A stretch of DNA of 64,000 nucleotides from Sedimentisphaerales bacterium (GCA_963708075.1 OY970194.1:3168001-3232000); one strand, 5' to 3'. Counted from the first letter of the stretch, positions 41,197 through 50,707 are shown. Notes: generated by a model not told the origin, from the letters alone. Numbers and translations are program-made.

Positions 41197-43314
41197 TCAT
41201 TGGCTGTCGTAGAAGACGAGTTCCTCGCCCTGCTTGTAGTACTTCGGGCCGGTGCCAATCAGTTGGTTGTCGTCCAGGAACAGGTTCTGACAGTCGTTGT
41301 ACAAAAGGATGTGATAGCTGCGGGCCTCGACGGTGTTATCGTGGACACGGCCGCCGGATGCGATATGCAAACTCATGCCGCGGTACGCGCTCATGATCGT
41401 GTTGCCGTAGATCTCTGTGTCCTCGCCGTTGACGCCCAGCGCGTATTGGCTGACGCTGCGGGACATGTCCAGATGGTTATTCGCGACCGCGACACCGCGC
41501 AACGCGGCAGATGCCCCTTTCTCAAGACGAATACCGGAATACCGCGTGGCAATACTGTTGCCGCTGACAAGAAGGCCATGACAGCCCCGAACGACCCGAA
41601 CGCCATACCACCCTTCTATCGTATTGTTGAGTACATAGATCTCATTCGGCTCCTTGCCCGCCGCATCATTGCCCACAATGAGGACGCCCTCGCCGTCATT
41701 CGCGGCCGTTTTCAGGGTGTTGTCTACAATCCATACTCTGTCCGCGCCAAGCACGCCATCCCCGTTAATCAGCACTGTACACACGTACCCTGCATCTGCT
41801 ATTTTCACGAAGTTGCCCTCGAAGCGGATATCGCTGGAGCGACTGATGCGGCAACCCATGTAGTTACACTCCTCCAGCGTATTATTCGTGATTCCGACAT
41901 CACGATTGTTGTTGTAGAGGTCGATCGCGGCGCCCTGGTGATGACCACCGTGATCCGCCCCACAGTATCTGAGCAGATTGCCATCGATGGTGCTCTGGCT
42001 GACGGCTGAGAGGTAGATGCCAACGACACCATGGTCCATGTCCGCAGGGGCATCGTGATCGAACGCACAGCCCCGCACTGCAAGATGACTGCAACCGGCA
42101 GCACGGATATCCTTGACCGCCCACTCGGTGGGGTTGCCCTCCACTTTGCCGCTGAAGTAACAGTTCTCGATGGAAATGTAGCTCCCCCGATAGACGTCCA
42201 CGCCGCACTCAAACAGATTGATGAACCGGCAGTCCCTGATTTGCAGGTTGCTGACCGGCGTCGCGTAGATGCCTCGTTTCGTGATGGGCACCCCGGGATT
42301 GCCCTGGTTGGCTCCATTCATGTCGAATGTGAGGTTCTCGATGGAGATATCGTTCTGCCCCGTGATGCTGAGAATGCTGCCGACAGCGCGGTCCCTGAGT
42401 TTCAGGGTGCTGCCGTCGTCGCCCTTTAGAATCGTCCCGCGGTCCGCTCGCAGACCATCGACGATATACGTGCCTCTCCGCAGTAACACGGTGCCGTCAC
42501 CAATAGCATCAATCGCCGCCTGGATCGTGGCTGTATCATCCGTCGATCCATTGCCGGTGGCGCCCCACCACTTCGGATACACCGTGCCCGATTCCGTAAA
42601 GCGAATGGTTACGCCGGATCCGAAAACCTGCTGGCAGGCTTCCGCGCTCACATTGGCGGGACTATGGATCGTCAACGTCGTGGCGCCGGCGGCCGAGATC
42701 TTGCACCCAGACTTGAACTGATAGTACACCCCCGGCCCCGTCGTCCTATTGGCCGAGATGGTGCAGTTTGTGTCAATCCAGACAGTGTATGAGCCGGACA
42801 AGCCCTGCGCATCGAGCAAGGCATCCAGATCGTGCGACCATTTGGAGACTTTGCAGACCGCTGAGGGAGTTACGGCGGCCGTGCCCGCGCTGGGCCGCCA
42901 GGCTCGTGCCCGGTCGAGTGCGGCGTCGGCCGCATTGCCGAACGCCAATTTACTCTCCGTGCCAGAGCCCCACGAAGTACATTCATCACCCCTCACCGCT
43001 GGCTCTGATCGCTCGGCGGCTGGAGAGACGCCGTCACGTCCGAGGTCTTCCGCCATGTTGTTTGACATGCGACCGCCTGCAGAGAACAGTTCAGTCAGAC
43101 CGCCAGGCGCTTTCCGGGCCACATCGGGATCCTCCGCACCAGCCAAGCCCCTGGGCACATCCACAGGCGCCGGTTCAGCATTGCGCGACGGGATTCTGTC
43201 AAGTCGCGACATAAGATACGGCGAGCGCCATCGGTACTTGGGTTGAGCCATCGTGGCTTGTCCGGCGCTGATCGTGAAATAAATGACTGCTACGACAGAA
43301 ATGAGTCCTTTCAT
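41197..43314 (-). CDS. Secreted right-handed beta-helix protein (pectate-lyase-superfamily / tailspike-like)
   Basis: Signal peptide, WWGATGNGSTDDTATIQAAID..G.Y, many xxN/G-I beta-helix repeats. Confidence 0.8.
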   Translation of the reverse strand: MKGLISVVAVIYFTISAGQATMAQPKYRWRSPYLMSRLDRIPSRNAEPAPVDVPRGLAGAEDPDVARKAPGGLTELFSAGGRMSNNMAEDLGRDGVSPAAERSEPAVRGDECTSWGSGTESKLAFGNAADAALDRARAWRPSAGTAAVTPSAVCKVSKWSHDLDALLDAQGLSGSYTVWIDTNCTISANRTTGPGVYYQFKSGCKISAAGATTLTIHSPANVSAEACQQVFGSGVTIRFTESGTVYPKWWGATGNGSTDDTATIQAAIDAIGDGTVLLRRGTYIVDGLRADRGTILKGDDGSTLKLRDRAVGSILSITGQNDISIENLTFDMNGANQGNPGVPITKRGIYATPVSNLQIRDCRFINLFECGVDVYRGSYISIENCYFSGKVEGNPTEWAVKDIRAAGCSHLAVRGCAFDHDAPADMDHGVVGIYLSAVSQSTIDGNLLRYCGADHGGHHQGAAIDLYNNNRDVGITNNTLEECNYMGCRISRSSDIRFEGNFVKIADAGYVCTVLINGDGVLGADRVWIVDNTLKTAANDGEGVLIVGNDAAGKEPNEIYVLNNTIEGWYGVRVVRGCHGLLVSGNSIATRYSGIRLEKGASAALRGVAVANNHLDMSRSVSQYALGVNGEDTEIYGNTIMSAYRGMSLHIASGGRVHDNTVEARSYHILLYNDCQNLFLDDNQLIGTGPKYYKQGEELVFYDSQ

Positions 43315-43664
43315 ACTGTCCCCCCATGTCCTTACGTTGGCCGTGGGCGCCTTTCGGGCCCTATGTAGTTACTCCTCCAGCAATCCTGCATGAGCTATGT
43401 TGCCGGATGCACTCCGTCTGTCGGGCCTTGGCAGACCCATAGGATGATTGACCTCGTCCATCTGCCCCGTTGCGCAGTTCGTCGGGCCAGCGGACTGGAT
43501 GGCCCCCCATTCGTCCCTGCCTCTCATTCCCCCAATTCGATTCGGCGATGGATCGACCTGAGTCCGTCTACCAGCTTGACGTCAGGTCACTCCACGCCGA
43601 CGTGTACGCATCTTTAGCCAGGTCGTTCTCTCGGGTCAATAGGATTTCTGAGTAATGCAGCTAT

Positions 43665-45851
43665 TTACTCGTCCACAAGATCGATGACACAACGAAAGCT
43701 GATTGTCGCACAGCGGTCCAGGCCGGGCCACATCAGCAGGAACTTTGCGGCGAAGTCACAAGGCTGCGGCCCACCGTCGGCGTACCAGTCGGAGCCATTG
43801 GCCTTGTACCAGGAACCGCCTTTGGGGATGCAGAAGCGAGTCCGGCCGTCGCTGCGCTCGCTCTCGGTCCACTCCCAGGTATTGCCGCACATGTCATAGC
43901 AGCCGAAGGGCGAGCGGCCCTGCGGGAAGGTGGTGACGGCCGTCGTCCCTCCCCTGCCGCCATCGTTGCAGCGACCCCGCTCCCACTCATTGCCCCAGGG
44001 ATAGGTGCGCCCATCGGCACCCTGTGCGGCGTACTGCCATTCTTCCTCCGTGGGTAATCGCTTACCCGCCCACCGGGCATAGGCCCGCGCGTCCTCCAGA
44101 TCGACGTACACCACCGGGTGATCCTCCAGGCCAGGCGGGACTTCACCGTGGTTCCAGTGCTTGAGGAAATTCTCTCTGTCCCGTGGCACATACCCGGTCT
44201 GCGCAAGAAACCGGGCGTATTGGGCATTCGTCACGGGCGTCAGGTCAATCGCATAGGGCCCCAGAGAGACATCCCGCTCGAAGCGGACAGACTTGTGCAG
44301 GTCACGGCTGGGTTGTGCTGTCTGTCCCGCGACGCTGTAGAACCCGCATTCGCGGTTCCTGTACTGCGTTCGCATCCGCAGATCCGTAGCTCCAATGGCC
44401 ACCATGCCGGCAGGAATCTCATCCCTACCATATCTCCTCGTGGGCTCCCTGGTCTGCAGCCTCTCCTCAAGACCCGGGGAGGACGCATTCCAGTCGGCCT
44501 GGCGATCCATCGTCGCCTGGCGAGCAAGGAACGTCTGAAAATCCACGCCGAGAGCCTCCGCTGTCCCTGCAACGAAGGCCCCAATGCCGCGAGGCCGGAT
44601 AGAGCCATCGAGTGACACTTCATTGTCATCAACGCGGCCGCACTCGCGCCCGGCTATGAGATCGAAGTAGTGCTGTCCCCGGACATGTGGTACCCTCAGC
44701 AGCGTGCCCTCCACGCGCAGGTTGGAGCGATTCACGAGCGTCCACAGGCGAACTCCGTCGGCCTGCCACAGACTTGTGTATGCGTTCGCGTGCTCCGTGG
44801 GTACCAAAGGCATCCAGCGCTCCCCGGAGAACAACGAGACGTACCGCCGCTGAATCGGCAGCATTGAGCGCAGGATGGAGCGGTCGCGCGGGCTCCAGCC
44901 GACCCGCGAGCCGAAGACGTTTTCCCATACGAGCATGCCGCTGCCGTTCATCCAGGCCATGTGCAGCTCGCCGGTGTGGTCATGGTTCCATCGCTGGATC
45001 TGGTGCATCATGTGCCGCCGCTCGAACCACTTGTTCCAGAGCACGCCGGGGGCCTCGCTGTCCGTGAACCACTGGGCCCAGGACATGTGATGATCCGCGA
45101 TCCGCTCCACCGGCAGTGTCAGCTCCGACTCCAGGACCACCCCCGGCTTCACAGCGTCCAGCCTGTCGCGAAGCTCCTGCATCCCTTCATGGAGCGTGTC
45201 GAGGAATATGCCATCCGCGTCGATCGCCTTGACCATCTCCGCCAGCATCTCAACATCGGACTTGCCCTCCCGCCGCGTCCCCGTATCCCACGGATTGTAG
45301 TCGATGAAGACCTTGACGCCGCGCCCATGCATAGTGCGACTCAACTCGCGCAGCCCCTCCAACCCACCCGGCATGTCCCGATAGAAATCGAACTGATTGC
45401 GCTCGTCAAACCCGATCCGTGGATACGCGTGCCAGAGCACAATCGCATCATAGCCCCCGAATTCCTTCACCCCCTCCTCCAGAAATGAATCGATCGTGTA
45501 GCGCCCGCCCGCACGATCATAGAACTTCTGATCATACATCATGGCAAAGCAACAACAGTAGCAAGCCGGCACCCACCCAAAAGCCTCGTTCTGATAGGAC
45601 CCGCCATCATACCCCAGTCGCTCCCGCAGCTTCTGCCGCTCCGCCCAGAGCCCCTCTCGCCAAGCCTCCCGCTTCCCCGCCTCCAACGGGGCCTCTGTCA
45701 ACGGCTTGACGTCCACCACAGCAGTCGCCTGAGACGCAGCGTCCCCAGCTCGACCGGACTCACTGTCTGCCACAGCGAACGCCGCGATCCCCACGATAAT
45801 TGCCGACAGAGGCAACTGCATCGTCTTCCCAAGCCCGGGCACCATCCTCAT
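43665..45851 (-). CDS. FGE-sulfatase (SUMF1-like) domain protein with large N-terminal GH-like domain
   Basis: PVTNAQY, HPVVYV...A..YA.WAGKRLPTEEEWQYAA, YPWG, DMCGNTWEW. Confidence 0.85.
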   Translation of the reverse strand: MRMVPGLGKTMQLPLSAIIVGIAAFAVADSESGRAGDAASQATAVVDVKPLTEAPLEAGKREAWREGLWAERQKLRERLGYDGGSYQNEAFGWVPACYCCCFAMMYDQKFYDRAGGRYTIDSFLEEGVKEFGGYDAIVLWHAYPRIGFDERNQFDFYRDMPGGLEGLRELSRTMHGRGVKVFIDYNPWDTGTRREGKSDVEMLAEMVKAIDADGIFLDTLHEGMQELRDRLDAVKPGVVLESELTLPVERIADHHMSWAQWFTDSEAPGVLWNKWFERRHMMHQIQRWNHDHTGELHMAWMNGSGMLVWENVFGSRVGWSPRDRSILRSMLPIQRRYVSLFSGERWMPLVPTEHANAYTSLWQADGVRLWTLVNRSNLRVEGTLLRVPHVRGQHYFDLIAGRECGRVDDNEVSLDGSIRPRGIGAFVAGTAEALGVDFQTFLARQATMDRQADWNASSPGLEERLQTREPTRRYGRDEIPAGMVAIGATDLRMRTQYRNRECGFYSVAGQTAQPSRDLHKSVRFERDVSLGPYAIDLTPVTNAQYARFLAQTGYVPRDRENFLKHWNHGEVPPGLEDHPVVYVDLEDARAYARWAGKRLPTEEEWQYAAQGADGRTYPWGNEWERGRCNDGGRGGTTAVTTFPQGRSPFGCYDMCGNTWEWTESERSDGRTRFCIPKGGSWYKANGSDWYADGGPQPCDFAAKFLLMWPGLDRCATISFRCVIDLVDE

Positions 45852-45998
45852 TCGTCCTGCTCCACGGTATCTTGTGCAATTGTCAACTCTGGAGACACCG
45901 ACCCATTCTGCTACAGCACCGCATCTTCCATCACAGATAGGCCCAAAGCGGAAAAAGCCAGTGTCCGGGCGCAGGGTTCCCAGCCTGATTCTCGCCGG

Positions 45999-46466
45999 TC
46001 ACCTCGGGCCGGCGCGTCGGACCTCTTCCAGGTTGGCCTTGGCCGGGGGAACATTGGCGATGAACGTGGCGATCTTCTCGCAAGGGTAGTCGTCGCACAG
46101 GGCACAGTTGGCCACCTTGCGGGCCAGGCCGCACTTACGGATCTCGCATTCGGCGCAGTGACCGATGTGCACGCCCTTGACCTTCAGGCAGCCTACGCAG
46201 TTGATATCTTCGGGCTTGAGGGCGACGTTGAACTGCTTGGACCACTCCGCGGCGGTCTTGACCCGCAGGGCCTGATCGTCGGTCTTGCGGGCGATGAACG
46301 CGGGGCACGCCGCACAGTCCAGCCCACACATGGCAAGTGTCTTTGTAGTTCGCTTGTTCTGCTCCATGCAACCTGCTCCCATCACGCCCCCGGCGGCGAC
46401 GGAGACCGCGGTGGTTGCCAGAAGATCACGCCGCGACAGATTTGAGCGGTTCCGTTGCATCTTCAT
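45999..46466 (-). CDS. DUF3795 Cys-rich protein with Tat-like leader
   Basis: SRRDLL; CGLDCAACP, CVGC, CEIRKC, NCALCDDYPC. Confidence 0.8.
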   Translation of the reverse strand: MKMQRNRSNLSRRDLLATTAVSVAAGGVMGAGCMEQNKRTTKTLAMCGLDCAACPAFIARKTDDQALRVKTAAEWSKQFNVALKPEDINCVGCLKVKGVHIGHCAECEIRKCGLARKVANCALCDDYPCEKIATFIANVPPAKANLEEVRRAGPR

Positions 46467-46596
46467 GCTCCTCAAAACGCACAGTAGCCTGTGAGTCAAC
46501 GACGAGATTGTAGGGCCGGGCCAACGAAAAAGCAAATGGGAATGGGCCAGGGCAGAGGGTGGGCATAGTCCGCCTGGCGATTTGATAGTGGAAAAG

Positions 46597-46640
46597 CCCG
46601 GGTGGCATCAGCAAGCTGCCGCTTGTCCCTGCCACCCGGG
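46597..46640. repeat. GGGTGGCA-ended palindrome
   Basis: CCCGGGTGGCA...TGCCACCCGGG. Confidence 0.7.
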
Positions 46641-46694
46641 TCTATGACACATGAGCAACTGGATATCACTCGACAGGTATCGCCCCAGCGACCT

Positions 46695-47648
46695 CTATGG
46701 CAGCAGATCGTACAGGAAGCTGTCGCCGATCACCGGGCTATCCTCAACACAGTTGGCCTTGGCGTAGTCGAATGCCTCCTCGATAGTCACCAGGGGAGGA
46801 TTGGACAGTACACCAATGTCGGCGTAGTCGTGTACATTCGCTACGCCTGTCGACATACCCTCGGCAAGGTAATAACTGAACTCTCCCTGGCCCCCGCCCC
46901 AGTCGGGACCTTCGTAGGCATCAGCCCTCTCGCCCGCGGCCATGAGGAGCACCCGGCCCGGTGCCAGAAGATCGTTCATTCCACCCGCCATGCACATGTC
47001 GAAGATGAAGATGACCCGGCTGGTTGGGAAATTGCGGAAGGCGACTTCTAACTCGCCGTCCCAGATCGGTTCGTAATCAGCGAACGGATCGGTATTAGAG
47101 GGGAGCGGATTCACGACGATAGCCTCATCCACCTTCTCCCTGTCGCCGTCCATGGCGTCGCCGCTCATGCCATGGCCGCTGTAAAAGAAGACCACTTCAT
47201 CGGCCGAGCTTGCCAGTGCCCGTATCCTGTCAATCGCGTCCAGGACACTCTCGCGGGTCGCATTCTTATCTATCAGCGTGGTGATGTCGTCGAAGCCGTA
47301 AATGCTGCTCAGAACCTCTGTCGTGACAACGGCATCGTCGTCGGCATAGTCGAGGTCATTCAGCGCCCCGGGATAGTCGGAAATACCGATGACGATGGCG
47401 TACCTGGTGCCGCCACATTGTGCTCCGAGGACTCCTGTTGCGGCTCCCGTCCTTCTCTGTCCGCTGCGGGCAGCGCGCGCCTGCGCCCCCTGCAACGTGA
47501 TTTTCGGTACGAGGACAATGTCGGTCGCAGGTACAGGCTTGTGTGGATTGGGTTTGTCCGGCTTGGCGCCGAGAGTCCCGATACCGAGCAGTAGCAAAGT
47601 GGCCGATGTGACTGTGACTGCGAGGAAAAATCCCTTCGAGGTGCCCAT
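46695..47648 (-). CDS. Secreted caspase-family (C14, metacaspase/orthocaspase) peptidase
   Basis: YAIVIGISDY, L.YADDDA, FFYSGHG (His), FDMCMAGG (Cys); signal peptide. Confidence 0.88.
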   Translation of the reverse strand: MGTSKGFFLAVTVTSATLLLLGIGTLGAKPDKPNPHKPVPATDIVLVPKITLQGAQARAARSGQRRTGAATGVLGAQCGGTRYAIVIGISDYPGALNDLDYADDDAVVTTEVLSSIYGFDDITTLIDKNATRESVLDAIDRIRALASSADEVVFFYSGHGMSGDAMDGDREKVDEAIVVNPLPSNTDPFADYEPIWDGELEVAFRNFPTSRVIFIFDMCMAGGMNDLLAPGRVLLMAAGERADAYEGPDWGGGQGEFSYYLAEGMSTGVANVHDYADIGVLSNPPLVTIEEAFDYAKANCVEDSPVIGDSFLYDLLP

Positions 47649-47799
47649 CACGCTTCTCCCTTCCGGCCCGAGAGCCTCAATGCCTGCGGGCCAATAAACC
47701 ATCCTTGTTGATGCGATGAAGCTGTCAGTAAGTATCGGTCGCGGGCGCCGAGTTTCTTTAGCAGCGCATAGAAGAGCGCATCCATGCGAGCGGCTGGGT

Positions 47800-48033
47800 C
47801 ACAGACCATGGCGACCAACAGCATGCGGAAGTGCCACCCGGCGGGATGCCGGGATGCTCCCGGATCTGCGCGTAGAGCATCCGGCAGCGATCTTTGATGA
47901 ACCGATCGAAGCCGTGCTCATCCAACAATCGATTGAGCCGCGAGCAAAAGGGAGGGCTGCGAGAAGTGACAATTTCGGCTGTGTTGATCCACAGGTCCTC
48001 TTGACCTTGGGATCGGCGTTTACTCACCCACAT
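47800..48033 (-). mobile_element. Degenerate transposase N-terminal remnant (IS1182-like)
   Basis: QEDLWI...PFCSRLNRLLDEHGFDRFIKDRC..LYA...PGIPPG, then a frameshift into FRMLLV; truncated. Confidence 0.65.
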
Positions 48034-48292
48034 AGATATCCTCCATGACATCTTGGCCAGACAGTATCCATGCTGACAGGCCATGCCAACAGAAAAATGC
48101 CCGCGAAAGAAATTTTTCCACGAGTGGATAGCCCCATGTGGGCAGTCTTGCTCGTATGTAAGACCCGCGACGGTCCGGTGAACGCCTCGTGCACGTCCAA
48201 GCGTCACCAAAGACCCTTTTTATAGGCGGTTTGCGATCTTCTTTCAGGGCCATCGCAAAATTGGCACACTCCCTAGTTTTCCCATTTTCCCC

Positions 48293-48497
48293 TTGACAAG
48301 GACCCCCCAAAAATGCTATATTAACTCTTATCAATACTGAAGCACAAAGGAGAGTGACGGCTGGATGCCGAGCAATCGATGGTGCTTCAGGGGGGGGCCC
48401 CAATTTCCTACATGGAAGCCACTGAAAGTTCCCACTTCTGCCAAGGCAGAGTGGCATTAGAAGTAACTAAAAAACACACTTGGTTAGGAGGTATGTG
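48293..48497 (+). promoter_or_regulatory. Promoter plus structured 5' leader, copy 1
   Basis: TTGACA-N18-TATATT; stems conserved with copy 2. Confidence 0.65.
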
Positions 48498-49031
48498 ATG
48501 AGAAGCTCTAGAAGTCTAGTCATGTTGGTCGCCGCGTTGGCTGTCCTTGCAGTGCCTGTTTGCAGTACTTTTGCAGGTTCCGGCAAACCCAGAGCCATCG
48601 TTGACGCAGGTCTCTTCGGTCTGCCGACGGATGTCTTCCCTGGCACAAAGTACGTAAACAGCCACACCGCTGAAGCCGAGCTCATGGGCGCCGAGGGCTC
48701 CTTCACAGTGGGCCAGCCAATGAGTATGGACTGGGTGGGCATCTGGGTCGCCGTTGGCGGGCTGATCCCCAACGCTACGTACAGAGCCTACCTCGATCAA
48801 ACCGGCATCACTCCCGGCGACCTTAGCACAGCCGGCCCCTGCCAGTTGAAGGGCACCTTCACCACGGACGCATCGGGAAACGGCGTGTTCTACTATGAAG
48901 TACTGGATCTGACCCCGGGCACCTATGCGTGGTCCCTGTACATCAACAAGATCGCTTATGACAGGAACGGCAAGCTGGTGGTGAATCACACGGTCCTGAT
49001 CAGCGAGAACCTGGACTTCACGATCGAGTAA
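48498..49031 (+). CDS. Secreted hypothetical protein, paralog 1
   Basis: RBS AGGAGG, signal peptide, clearly homologous to 49860-50393. Confidence 0.85.
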   Translation: MRSSRSLVMLVAALAVLAVPVCSTFAGSGKPRAIVDAGLFGLPTDVFPGTKYVNSHTAEAELMGAEGSFTVGQPMSMDWVGIWVAVGGLIPNATYRAYLDQTGITPGDLSTAGPCQLKGTFTTDASGNGVFYYEVLDLTPGTYAWSLYINKIAYDRNGKLVVNHTVLISENLDFTIE

Positions 49032-49079
49032 CAGAACTTGGACCATATGCCGTAATAAGTAACGGCAGTTGTATAAAAC

Positions 49080-49116
49080 AAGGGGCTGCACAGCAAATGT
49101 GCAGCCCCTTCTTTTT
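49080..49116 (+). terminator. Intrinsic terminator
   Basis: AAGGGGCTGCACA-gcaaa-TGTGCAGCCCCTT followed by CTTTTT. Confidence 0.85.
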
Positions 49117-49657
49117 GCCCACGGATGCCACGGATCCGTTTCGCTTCTTGGTATAGGCCTACGGGACCGGTACTGCGCCAAGTCATTTGCTGCGATCTCT
49201 GACGAGGTCTCCGAACGGGCTGATCGCGTCATATTTGTCCTGCGAAGTCGTATGCATGATGCCGACCGCCTGTGGCGTCCCGTTTATCGCATTGAGCCAG
49301 CCGCGAGGATTCTTCAGCGTGCCACCATCGTAGCAGGCACCGACCAGGGTCCTGAACCCGCGTTCATCACGCTTCTCCCTTCCGGCCCGAGGGCATCAAT
49401 GCCCAAGGACCTATAAAAACCATCATTCTGCAGAAGCGATGAAGCTGTTGGGTAGTTCAGCGGCGGGTGGCCAATTTCTTTAACCAGCGAGGCGAAGATT
49501 TCTTCATGCATTAAACTCAAAGGCGACTTGGCGAATTCCCCACTCCCACGCGCGGGCACGTGGATAAGCCTTGCCGGAGACACCTTTCGCGGGCGATTCG
49601 AGGCACTTCCCCAAATGCCCCCACCACTGCATGTCCCCCAGTTTTCCCATTTTTCCC

Positions 49658-49859
49658 TTGACAAGGCCCCCTGTAGAATTGCTATACTGACGCTGAGGCA
49701 CTGAGGCACGAAGGAGACTGGCGGCTTGATGCCGATCAATCGATGGTGCTTCAGGGGGGCCCATAGTTACCTGCATGGAAGCCACTGAAAGTACCCGCTC
49801 CTGCGAAGGCAGGGTGGCAATAGAAGTAATTGAAATACTCTTTGGTTAGGAGGTATGTG
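49658..49859 (+). promoter_or_regulatory. Promoter plus structured 5' leader, copy 2
   Basis: TTGACA...TGcTATACT; same stems as copy 1. Confidence 0.65.
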
Positions 49860-50393
49860 ATGAGAAGCTATCGAACTCTAATCATGTTGGCTGTTGTATT
49901 GGCCGCACTGGCAGTGCCCGTCTGCATTACAGTCGCTGCGCCCAAGCCCAAGGCCGTTGTTGACGCAGGCGTCATCGCACCGGCCCTCACTGTCTTCCCG
50001 GACACGAAGTACAACAACGCCCACACACAGGAAGCCTACGACATGGGTGCCACGGGATCCTTCATCGTGGAGCAGGCGGCGAGCGCCAAATTCGTGGTTG
50101 TTCAGTTCTCGGTGGCTGGACTGTTGCCGAATGCTACGTACAGAGCCTACCTCGATGGAAACGGGATCACTGCCGGCAACGTTGCCACAGCCGGCCCCTG
50201 CACGTTGGTCAATACCTTCACGACGGATGCCGACGGCGTTGCCGATTGGTACTATGAAACAGGAGCCTTGTCCACGGGCACCTATCAGTGGGCTGTGTAC
50301 ATCAACAAGATCGCCTACTATCCTGACACCACCAAGTTGTCCGTGAATCACACGGTCCTGATCAGCGACAATCTCAACTTCACGGTCAACTAA
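49860..50393 (+). CDS. Secreted hypothetical protein, paralog 2
   Basis: Shared motifs GLxPNATYRAYLD, TAGPC, FTTDA, YINKIAY, VNHTVLIS. Confidence 0.85.
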   Translation: MRSYRTLIMLAVVLAALAVPVCITVAAPKPKAVVDAGVIAPALTVFPDTKYNNAHTQEAYDMGATGSFIVEQAASAKFVVVQFSVAGLLPNATYRAYLDGNGITAGNVATAGPCTLVNTFTTDADGVADWYYETGALSTGTYQWAVYINKIAYYPDTTKLSVNHTVLISDNLNFTVN

Positions 50394-50445
50394 GCGACAA
50401 GACCTGGTTCATACGCCGTGACAAGCAACGGCGGTTGCATAAAAC

Positions 50446-50484
50446 AAGGGGCTGCACCCTCGCTGTGCAGCCCCTTCTCTTTTT
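50446..50484 (+). terminator. Intrinsic terminator
   Basis: AAGGGGCTGCAC-N7-GTGCAGCCCCTT followed by CTCTTTTT. Confidence 0.85.
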
Positions 50485-50626
50485 CCTCTATGTCCGGCAC
50501 GACAGCCAACTCTACGCCATTGTCCCGACCTGGCTCGCCATGAGCCTATGAGCCGCATTCCTTAACGTCCTGCTTATAGTCCATACCGACTACACATGAG
50601 TTCCTCTTATCGCACCATCAAGCTTT

Positions 50627-50707
50627 GGGTGGCATCGGCAATCGCCGGCCTGCCAATGGTTTGTCCCTTCGCCATCGGCAAAGCCTGGGGCCTTGCCGCC
50701 GCCACCC
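50627..50707. repeat. GGGTGGCA-ended composite palindromic element
   Basis: GGGTGGCATCGGCAA...CCATCGGCAA...TTGCCGCCGCCACCC. Confidence 0.7.

Noticed and set aside
41859..43381. Near-identical 19-21-mers ATGTAGTTAC(AC)TCCTCCAGC at ~41859 and ~43363
   Set aside because: Single gapped short match, one copy inside a CDS; compatible with chance.
46590..46603. ykkC/guanidine riboswitch tail AAAAGCCCGGG
   Set aside because: Upstream core is absent, no downstream gene on that strand, and the motif is part of a REP-like palindrome.
48411..48430. Cobalamin, SAM-I, glycine or ZTP riboswitch identity for the duplicated leader
   Set aside because: Only short fragments match (AAGCCACTG, GGAGA, GACTGGCG in one copy); the other core motifs are missing.
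48498..50393. Diversity-generating retroelement TR/VR pair
   Set aside because: Differences are spread along whole genes and not adenine-specific; no reverse transcriptase in the window.
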